Below, piece by piece: positions 27,790-35,140 of a DNA stretch of 64,000 bases; position 1 is the stretch's first letter, and the number at the start of each line of letters is the position of its first letter. The DNA is taken from the NCBI GenBank assembly GCA_963827565.1, contig CAWHBG010000002.1:970952-1034951 (forward strand), given 5' to 3'. This DNA comes from Candidatus Aminicenantes bacterium (lineage in GTDB: Bacteria; Acidobacteriota; Aminicenantia; UBA2199). The position numbers and the translations under genes are program-made. The notes under the pieces were generated by a model that was given only the letters and a program-made list of their open reading frames with translations, was not told the DNA's origin and searched no databases.

Positions 27790-30700
27790 TCAGTTCCAGA
27801 TTTTGCTTTTTTCCGCATCCTTCACTTTGTCAAGAAGCACTTCCACTCCTTTGTTAAGTTGTCTGTCAATGCCCTTTCTCTCTTCCCCCGGTAGGTTCTC
27901 AACGGGATAATCCGGCGGACATCCGTTCAGTTCCATATTTGTCATTGTTCCGTCATTAACATACCATCCCCTGAACGGGAGTCTGAGCCAGGTTCCGTCA
28001 ATAAGGGCCGTCCCGCCTGTGGAAATTACGGCACCAAAGGTCTGTTTACCAACGATAGGGCCACGCTTTAAAGTACGGATCGACCAGGGAAATATCTCTG
28101 CATTTGAATATGACATCTGGTTGATAAGAACTACTATCGGTTTTGTATATGCAAAGATCGATCTTCTCCCATGGGGATATCCTTTCCCCCCACCCCTTGG
28201 GATGGTGACAGCATGATTTTTTGTCATCAGGATCTGAAGGAGATAATCCGTTATCCATCCGCCACCGTTGTACCTGACATCAATTACAAGCCCTTCTTTT
28301 CCATAAGCTATTGAATGCAGTTCTCTCTCAAACTTCTCCAGATTCGGCCATCCCATCGACTGAATGTGAACATATGCCAGTTTACCCCCGGACAACTCAT
28401 CAACCTTCTTCTGATTGCTCCCGATCCAGGTATTGTAAATAAAATTCCGGTTACTTTTTTCAGGTATTATCTCCACATCAAGCTTGTCCTCTCCTCTCAG
28501 AACCTGAAGCATTACGGCTTCTCCGGCCTTGTCCTCCATGAACATGTAAAAATTTGCACCTGTCCCGGCATCCTCACCGTTGATAGAAGTAATGATATCT
28601 CCTTCCTCCAATCTGCTGTTCTTATGGTATGCGGGTGAATCTTTCAGCACTGTTTTCACTCTGAATCCGGGCCCCTTAAAGTTATCGTCAAAGAATACTC
28701 CGATATCACCGGTTTCCACTTTTTTCCTCTCCTTCTCCATTCTCGATTTTATCCTCAGATGGGAACCGTTCAATTCGCCGAGGATCATTGTAAAAATATA
28801 GTCAAACTCATATCTGCTGAGTCCTTCATTTATCCAGGGCCTGTATTTATTATAGATCCCGTTCCAGTCTGTTCCATGAAACTTAGCGTCATAAAAATTA
28901 TCTCTCATTGCTCTCCAGGCTTCTTCAAATTTCTGGATATTCTCAGCGCCCATGTCAATTGTAAGTTTTGCACTAAAAGGTATCGTTTTTGGTTTCCCCT
29001 TTTTTATATTCATTTGATTGAGCATTCCCGATTTAATGAAGAAAAGGTCATCGCCTTTATCACCGAAATGGAGAGACCCGAATTCGTTCCCTTTATTTAT
29101 AAGGATTTTTTTCTCTTTGCCGTCCCATCCGATCTTATAGAGGCCGGTACCTTCATCATTACCGGCAGTGAAAGCAATAGTTTTACTGTTGGGAGAAACA
29201 GCAAGTCCGAATTCATCTCCGAGGAGTTCCGTCAGATGGGTCACACGGAGGTGGATATCATTGAATTCAATGGGAAGGGGCGGGGTCTTCACCTCTGGCG
29301 CCTTTTCACCATCTTTTTCAGCCGGTTTCTTTTTCTTATTGTCCTCCTCCATTTTTTGCCATTCATCCGGTGTCATTTCGAACCACTCTTTTCTGAGAGC
29401 AAGCCTCCATATATCCATATTATTGTTACTTCTCTTCGAAATAAAATAGAGAAATTTCCCGTCAGGCGACCATATGGGGAAATAATCATCATCAGGATGC
29501 CTTGAAATATTGAAGGCTTTGCTATCCTTTAGGTCATAAATATAGACATCTGATGTAAAATTATTGTCCATATGTGAATAGCTCAGGTAATTCCCGTCGG
29601 GAGACCAGGTTATATCACTAACATTCCAGCTTTTAAGCAGAAAGTTTTCGGTCTCTTCCCCTATTGTCTTCATAACAAGGTTACCGTTCCCTTTAATATA
29701 TACAATTTTTTTATTGTCAGGCGACAGGACACCATATCTCTCTTCTGCTTCAGACCCTGTCAATTGTTTCAGCTTATATTTATATGAGTGATATATATCT
29801 CTTTCGCCCTCGGGATAGGCTATAAATATATCACGGTTCCCGTTCATGTCGGAATCGAACAATACTCCCCTGCTGTCACTTGTCCATGAAATATTTGCTT
29901 CTCTGTAGGGAGAATTTGAAATATTCTTCGCCCTCTCCCAATCTTTCTTCAAAACAAAAATTTCTCCCCTGATGACAAAAGCATAATAATTGCCGTCAGG
30001 AGAGACTCTCATTTCACTTGCTTCCGAAGTGTATGATCTTTTCACAATATAGTCATGTTTATTTTCAGTAGAAGCAGATATTTCAAGAGGATATGCATCT
30101 TCACCCTCATCCTTCCTGAAGAGTTTGTTAAGATATTCATAGATCACAAACTTCCCGTCCGGAGAAATCGCAGGGAATCTTACCTGATCGCCCTTATGGA
30201 AAGTGAGCTGGGTCTTATTTTCCCCGTCCCTTTCCATTTTCCAGAGATTAAAGGTTTCATCCCTGTCAGACACATAATATAAACCTCCCTGCCCGAACAC
30301 CGGCCACTTATCGTTCCCCGGATGCTCTGTGAGTTTGAAGTACCTGTCCTTCTCAAGATTATAAACCCAGATATCATTGTTGGCAGGGCCTCTGTACCTC
30401 TGCCTGAACTCGGGGATTCTGTTTATATTAAATGCGAGAAATTTACCATCTTTTGACAAAGAACCGTTCATTGCCATCTGCCCCATCAGTAATAGAGGCA
30501 TTCCCCCGGTTACAGATACAGAAAAGATCCCCGAATTTCCGTAATAAAAGTGAAGATCTCTTCTTGAGTGGAATATTACAGCGGATCCATCACCCTTCCA
30601 ACCGGTTACTTCATCATCAGATGACCTGTAAGTAAGCTGCTTGGCATGTCCCCCTTCAGAAGGTATGATGAACACATCATAGTTCCCGTCTCTGTCAGAG

Positions 30701-30942
30701 GAAAATGCTATCATTTTACCGTCAGGAGAGAATTTCGGCCTTACATCATTACCGATATGATCGGTCAGCCTCTCACTCCTTCCCCCTTTTACCGGTGCCT
30801 TCCATATATCACCTTTATAACTGAATACAACATATTGGGAATCCGGTGAAATATCCGGATATCTGAGCAGAGAAATATCCTCACCGGCAGTCAACAAAAA
30901 TGAGATTAATAAGATCTGAACTAAAAAGAATAATTTTTTCAT
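27790..30942 (-). CDS. Tricorn-like protease (TolB-type beta-propellers + PDZ + S41 peptidase), secreted
   Basis: 1050 aa with a signal peptide. The start LLRYPDISPDSQYVVFSYKGDIWKAPVKGG is typical of tricorn homologs. There are repeated WSPDG/SPDGK propeller blades and a C-terminal S41 region (DVRYNGGG). Confidence 0.8.
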   Translation of the reverse strand: MKKLFFLVQILLISFLLTAGEDISLLRYPDISPDSQYVVFSYKGDIWKAPVKGGRSERLTDHIGNDVRPKFSPDGKMIAFSSDRDGNYDVFIIPSEGGHAKQLTYRSSDDEVTGWKGDGSAVIFHSRRDLHFYYGNSGIFSVSVTGGMPLLLMGQMAMNGSLSKDGKFLAFNINRIPEFRQRYRGPANNDIWVYNLEKDRYFKLTEHPGNDKWPVFGQGGLYYVSDRDETFNLWKMERDGENKTQLTFHKGDQVRFPAISPDGKFVIYEYLNKLFRKDEGEDAYPLEISASTENKHDYIVKRSYTSEASEMRVSPDGNYYAFVIRGEIFVLKKDWERAKNISNSPYREANISWTSDSRGVLFDSDMNGNRDIFIAYPEGERDIYHSYKYKLKQLTGSEAEERYGVLSPDNKKIVYIKGNGNLVMKTIGEETENFLLKSWNVSDITWSPDGNYLSYSHMDNNFTSDVYIYDLKDSKAFNISRHPDDDYFPIWSPDGKFLYFISKRSNNNMDIWRLALRKEWFEMTPDEWQKMEEDNKKKKPAEKDGEKAPEVKTPPLPIEFNDIHLRVTHLTELLGDEFGLAVSPNSKTIAFTAGNDEGTGLYKIGWDGKEKKILINKGNEFGSLHFGDKGDDLFFIKSGMLNQMNIKKGKPKTIPFSAKLTIDMGAENIQKFEEAWRAMRDNFYDAKFHGTDWNGIYNKYRPWINEGLSRYEFDYIFTMILGELNGSHLRIKSRMEKERKKVETGDIGVFFDDNFKGPGFRVKTVLKDSPAYHKNSRLEEGDIITSINGEDAGTGANFYMFMEDKAGEAVMLQVLRGEDKLDVEIIPEKSNRNFIYNTWIGSNQKKVDELSGGKLAYVHIQSMGWPNLEKFERELHSIAYGKEGLVIDVRYNGGGWITDYLLQILMTKNHAVTIPRGGGKGYPHGRRSIFAYTKPIVVLINQMSYSNAEIFPWSIRTLKRGPIVGKQTFGAVISTGGTALIDGTWLRLPFRGWYVNDGTMTNMELNGCPPDYPVENLPGEERKGIDRQLNKGVEVLLDKVKDAEKSKIWN

Positions 30943-31044
30943 TCCACCACCTCTATTATAAGTTTAATGAAAAAATATAGCATATAAGTTTAAATTTGAA
31001 AATTTTTTTTGGAAATATGGAATTTAAAAACTAACAAAAAAGGC

Positions 31045-31072
31045 CGCCCCCGAAGGGACGGCCCATATGTTA
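31045..31072 (-). terminator. Rho-independent terminator of barrel gene copy 1
   Basis: The minus strand reads gggccgtccc-ttcg-ggggcggcc followed by tttttt. The sequence is identical at 37973..38002. Confidence 0.75.
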
Positions 31073-31094
31073 ATACCGTTTTTAGTTTACGATA

Positions 31095-33959
31095 TTAGAA
31101 GTTAACTCTGAATCCAAACTGGAATATCCCGGGATTAAGGATCCTCTGGATAGCACCAGTTGCTGATGTACCAAGTAACGGCTCAACACCTAATGTAATA
31201 GCATTATTTGTTACATTGTATGCATCTACAAAAAGTGTTGCTGTTACTGTGTCAGATACCTTAAAGGTCTTCTCAAGTCCCATGCTCAGCATCCAGAATG
31301 TAGGCAACCTGTCATCACCCATTTTTTTATTGGGTTGATACATGTTCGTCCAGCTGAGTCCGGAGCCTCTCTGAAATTCTTCATAGTAAGGGATGACATA
31401 ACCTTCTCTTGCCTGAAGAACAGCGGTTATATTTATTCCCCAGGGCAATTGATAAAGGCCTGACATTTTCAACATCCATCTGGAGTTAACAAAGATTCCC
31501 GTGTATCCTGATCCACCGGATTCCGGTGCCACAACCGCTTCGTTGAAAAAATCGTAGTTTGTCTTATCAAACCACTCTGAAGTATCTCTTTTTGCAATCC
31601 AATCCTGATAGGTGAATGATGCATCGAACATCCATTTGTTCGAGAATTTCTTTGTGAATACAAGCTGAAGTGCCAAATACTGGTTGTAGGTTTTCTCATA
31701 GTTGGCCATCTGTTGAGCAACACCGACTTCATATCTTTCATAATAAGGTTTGGTTGATCCGTCAGAGAATGTATAAATCCCCTTCTGATACCAGTTAGCA
31801 GCAGTTTCAAGACTGCCATCCGCCATGATATTCTTGTATCTGATCTGATTGTGTTTTTTCTTATAGAAAAGGGTAACATTCGTTGCAAAATCTTCTCCCA
31901 GCTCTTTCTCAAATGAAAGTGATAATTCATCAAGTATAGGTGAATTGAGATCTGACGCGTATGTGTTACTGCTTGTTACTCCATAAGGATTAACTGTATC
32001 TACATGCCAATAATACCAATCATCTGGATCTTCACTCCATTCACCAAGTTCAACAATACCATCGCCATCATCTGCCCAGTAAACATCAATTTCTCTCCAG
32101 TCAAGAGCCCAGGTATGATCAGCAATGGAGTTACCACTCTGTGATCCGTACCTTGCAGCAGATAATTTTATAACATTCTTCCCGTCACCGGTAATATCAT
32201 ATGAGAACGAAAGTCTTGGAGAAAACACTTCAAAAGCTGCATCTGCTTTAGCTCCAATAGCTGTTCTGTCACCCAGGTAAGCTGTGAATATGGGAACACC
32301 GTTAAGTGTTAATCCCGGAGCTGTTGCAGGATTGTGTGATCCTGATTCTTTATCATATCTGAGGCCGATGTTAGCTGTTAATTTTCCAAATGTTATTGTA
32401 TCGGACAGGTAGAATGACATCCTTTCAAATCCAACATCATACACGTAGTTGGGGTACCACCAGATCTCTCTGTAGTAACCCGGATCTCCTCTGTCCCATG
32501 AGTACAGAAACCTTTGGTTGGGATACAGTGACTGAGATGTTGTATCCGCTGTGTAATAATCAACACCGAATCTGATCTCATGGTCACCGCCGAGTACTCC
32601 CTCAGCAAAATAGTTACCGCTGAGTGAAAGGTTCAATGTATTTCTGTTGGTGAAATAATCGTACATTCCGCCCTCTACATAGAATCCGGGCTGGGAATAA
32701 TAAGTCCAGTCATCACCCACCATTTTACCGTCTTCAATAACATTGGTAGGATTATTTGAAATCAGCTCAAATCCACCGTCTGTGTAAGCGAACTTTGCTG
32801 TTAACATCAGATTGCCCATGATGTGCTGCAGTGAACCGGTGTAAACCGCGCCCGGACCATCCTGGTTGTGGAGTGATTCCTGAACTGCTGCGCCCCATCT
32901 GGCACGACCCCACTTTTTCTTTGCATCATATGAATAGTGGAAATCACCACTGGTGTTACCCAATTGGAAATTTACCTTACCATAAGCTGATACCAGCCAT
33001 GTTGCATCCTCACCGCCTGTGATCTGTCTGGCGTGAATGTCCTGTACTCCCCATGATCCGAAGAACCACAATTTGTCCTTTACGATCGGGCCACCGAAGT
33101 TAACGCCATACTGATACAATCTGAAGATTCCGGGTGATACCAATCCTTGATCCAGAATAGATTGGGGAAGATCCTGACTCATTTCCCATGCTTCATCTTC
33201 AATATAAAGATGAAAGTCTCCACTATAATTATTACCTGCTCTCTTCGAAACGAAGTTCAGCTGTACTCCACCTGTCTGAGCTGTAATATCATTGCTGCCA
33301 AGTGTGATCTGAAGTTCTTCATATGCATTAACATTCAGATAAGCAGGAGCAGATCCGATCGCTGACGGGTCTGTCATGTTAGCGCCGTCAATGTTCCATG
33401 TTGTATCATCGGAATCTGATCCATGGCCATAAAATGATGACTGCTGACCTGATTCAGCTCCACCAACATCTTCCCTGTCCATCATCATACCTGGTACCAG
33501 GTTCATGACTGTCCATGGGTTTCTTGCTGTCGGAAGTGACTGCATCATTTCCTGTGATACATTAACTGATACTGTTGTCTTTCTTGTATCAATTACATTT
33601 GCCTCTCCTGTAACTTCTATAACTTCTTTTAACTGAGAGGTCTCCATCTGAAAGGTAAAGGTCTTGTTCTTACCAACGAACAGCCTTATCGCTTTCTGAA
33701 CTACTGTCTTGAACCCTTCGAGCTCAAGCTTTAATTCATAAATTCCCGGGGGATTTGAGAGAAATCTGAAATTCCCCTGTTCAGATGTAACTGTAACTGT
33801 CTTACCGATAACATCACCGGTCAGAGTTACTGCTACTCCGGGGATTGCTGATCCATCAGGCAGTACTACTGTACCGTAGATGTCAGCTGTTGCTCCCTGA
33901 GCGAATGCCAGTCCTGAAAGAACTGCAACCGCTACGAGCAGTGTTAAAAAATTTTTCAT
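31095..33959 (-). CDS. Oar-like outer-membrane barrel (carboxypeptidase-regulatory-like domain + TonB-dependent-receptor-type plug and barrel), copy 1
   Basis: 954 aa with a signal peptide (LSGLAFAQG). CarboxypepD_reg-like segment GTVVLPDGSAIPGVAVTLTG...GNFRF..PPGIYELK.E.EGF, a plug-like region, and a terminal aromatic FGFRVNF. AGGAGG lies before the ATG. Confidence 0.8.
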   Translation of the reverse strand: MKNFLTLLVAVAVLSGLAFAQGATADIYGTVVLPDGSAIPGVAVTLTGDVIGKTVTVTSEQGNFRFLSNPPGIYELKLELEGFKTVVQKAIRLFVGKNKTFTFQMETSQLKEVIEVTGEANVIDTRKTTVSVNVSQEMMQSLPTARNPWTVMNLVPGMMMDREDVGGAESGQQSSFYGHGSDSDDTTWNIDGANMTDPSAIGSAPAYLNVNAYEELQITLGSNDITAQTGGVQLNFVSKRAGNNYSGDFHLYIEDEAWEMSQDLPQSILDQGLVSPGIFRLYQYGVNFGGPIVKDKLWFFGSWGVQDIHARQITGGEDATWLVSAYGKVNFQLGNTSGDFHYSYDAKKKWGRARWGAAVQESLHNQDGPGAVYTGSLQHIMGNLMLTAKFAYTDGGFELISNNPTNVIEDGKMVGDDWTYYSQPGFYVEGGMYDYFTNRNTLNLSLSGNYFAEGVLGGDHEIRFGVDYYTADTTSQSLYPNQRFLYSWDRGDPGYYREIWWYPNYVYDVGFERMSFYLSDTITFGKLTANIGLRYDKESGSHNPATAPGLTLNGVPIFTAYLGDRTAIGAKADAAFEVFSPRLSFSYDITGDGKNVIKLSAARYGSQSGNSIADHTWALDWREIDVYWADDGDGIVELGEWSEDPDDWYYWHVDTVNPYGVTSSNTYASDLNSPILDELSLSFEKELGEDFATNVTLFYKKKHNQIRYKNIMADGSLETAANWYQKGIYTFSDGSTKPYYERYEVGVAQQMANYEKTYNQYLALQLVFTKKFSNKWMFDASFTYQDWIAKRDTSEWFDKTNYDFFNEAVVAPESGGSGYTGIFVNSRWMLKMSGLYQLPWGINITAVLQAREGYVIPYYEEFQRGSGLSWTNMYQPNKKMGDDRLPTFWMLSMGLEKTFKVSDTVTATLFVDAYNVTNNAITLGVEPLLGTSATGAIQRILNPGIFQFGFRVNF

Positions 33960-33990
33960 TTTAACCTCCTATTTAATCTGGAATTTAAGA

Positions 33991-34010
33991 AGCAATACCC
34001 TTTCCCAGGG
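33991..34010 (-). promoter_or_regulatory. Candidate -24/-12 (sigma-54-like) promoter of barrel copy 1
   Basis: The minus strand reads ctGGgaaagggtatTGCttc, with GG and GC in the canonical 12-nt register about 33 nt upstream of the ATG. A similar element sits at the same position in copy 2. Only a partial match to TGGCAC-N5-TTGCW. Confidence 0.3.
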
Positions 34011-34031
34011 GATCAAATGCTTACAATAACT

Positions 34032-34062
34032 GGGACAAAACGATTGTTTTCGGGGACAAACG
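34032..34062 (-). promoter_or_regulatory. Direct repeats CGTTT(T)GTCCC, two copies about 20 bp apart, upstream of barrel copy 1
   Basis: The minus strand reads cgtttgtcccc-gaaaacaat-cgttttgtccc. One copy of the same motif (ccgtttgtccc) occurs at 40972..40982 at the same distance from the copy 2 promoter-like element. Confidence 0.35.
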
Positions 34063-34206
34063 ACCTATTTATGACCACCAAATATATAAAAACGATTCCG
34101 GATATTAAGATATAAAATAAATTTTGTGGCTTTATTCATTTTTACGAACTATTAAATCCAATATTTTGATTAAAGCGCTGTTGATAAAAAGAAAGATCCG
34201 GTAATT

Positions 34207-34566
34207 TTAGAGAAACAGGTCAGGGCTTATCTCTTCTTCGTTCATATTAAGCATATCCAGGTTTAGAGAGACCTTTTTCCTGATCTTTCTCAGATTGTAT
34301 TTTTTGATCTTTTCACAAAGAGAAGTTTCTTTGATCCCCAGGATCCGTGACGCATTTTTTTGATTCCCGTTTGTCAGCCCGAGTGTAAAAAGAATTATCT
34401 TCCTCTCCAGATCACTTATAAAATGTTTAAGGGCAATGTTTTCCTGAGTTATATTCTTCTGAAGATATTCTCTCACCAGAACTTCGGAAAGATCATCCAG
34501 TCCGGATAGATCATTTGAATTATACGTATTATTAATTTTATTTGAAAGTATTTGACTGCTTTTCAT
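34207..34566 (-). CDS. Small Fis-type helix-turn-helix protein (no AAA+ or receiver domain), copy 1
   Basis: 119 aa. The C-terminal NGNQKNASRILGIKETSLCEKIKKYNL is a Fis/NtrC-C-terminal type HTH. The N-terminal ~60 aa have no recognisable domain. Confidence 0.6.
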   Translation of the reverse strand: MKSSQILSNKINNTYNSNDLSGLDDLSEVLVREYLQKNITQENIALKHFISDLERKIILFTLGLTNGNQKNASRILGIKETSLCEKIKKYNLRKIRKKVSLNLDMLNMNEEEISPDLFL

Positions 34567-34577
34567 ATTTTCTCTCC

Positions 34578-34904
34578 TTAATTAGCAAGAACCCTTTTTA
34601 AGTTATTCCTGAACTTCTTCCCCCATAACACTGTCACATCATCGCTCATTACGACAAAATAATTATAGTTCAGATCTGATTCAATCTTTTGAATCTTCTC
34701 TATATTAATAATCGTAGACCTGTTCACCCTGACAAACTTATCCGGATCCAGTTTTTTCTCAAACTCAGACAAAGTATTTCTTATCAGAAAAGAATTCTTC
34801 CCTTTATAAAGCCTCTGATAATTCCTCTCTGATTCGATCCTGTCAATATCCTCACATTTCAGGACGATGAATTTTCTACCAAGCTTTACCATTAAACGGT
34901 TCAT
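34578..34904 (-). CDS. Stand-alone LytTR DNA-binding domain protein (no receiver), copy 1
   Basis: 108 aa. The pattern I..IES..NY....K..SFLIR.TLSEFEKKL....F.RVNRS.I.NI..I is the LytTR domain signature. AGGAG lies upstream. Confidence 0.75.
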   Translation of the reverse strand: MNRLMVKLGRKFIVLKCEDIDRIESERNYQRLYKGKNSFLIRNTLSEFEKKLDPDKFVRVNRSTIINIEKIQKIESDLNYNYFVVMSDDVTVLWGKKFRNNLKRVLAN

Positions 34905-34965
34905 TTCCTTTTCTCCTAAATTAGCCTGCTATATATTAATACGATCAAAAATGAACAAAATTCTA

Positions 34966-34977
34966 TAACTTTGGTTA
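34966..34977. promoter_or_regulatory. Conserved imperfect palindrome TAACTTTGGTTA (site 1, copy 1)
   Basis: An identical 12-mer occurs at 41927..41938, in the equivalent divergent intergenic region of copy 2. Confidence 0.4.
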
Positions 34978-35016
34978 TTTATTCAAATTTGTGAATTTAG
35001 TAATACACAATTCGAC

Positions 35017-35034
35017 ATATGACTTTAGTCATAT
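35017..35034. promoter_or_regulatory. Perfect palindrome ATATGACT-TT-AGTCATAT (site 2, copy 1)
   Basis: 8-bp arms. The copy 2 counterpart, TGTTACT-TT-AGTAACA at 41981..41996, keeps dyad symmetry through paired substitutions. Confidence 0.45.
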
Positions 35035-35140
35035 TCGCAGACAATTCTCCACTTTCTTTCTTAAGTTTCGTATTAACATTCATGAAAGTGAATATTTGTG
35101 AAACATTTATGAAAATTTTTTCGTTTTAAACAATGTAGAT

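Noticed and set aside
28759-29505. 248-aa plus-strand ORF and neighbours inside the tricorn-like gene
   Set aside because: Antisense to a 1050-aa gene with clear domain signatures. No ribosome-binding site or recognisable motif.
32393-32608. Alternative-frame ORFs conserved in both barrel copies (32390..32575, 32393..32608 against 39329..39514, 39332..39547; also 33147..33365 against 40085..40303)
   Set aside because: The apparent conservation is a by-product of near-identical nucleotide sequence between the duplicated barrel genes. It is not evidence for overlapping genes.
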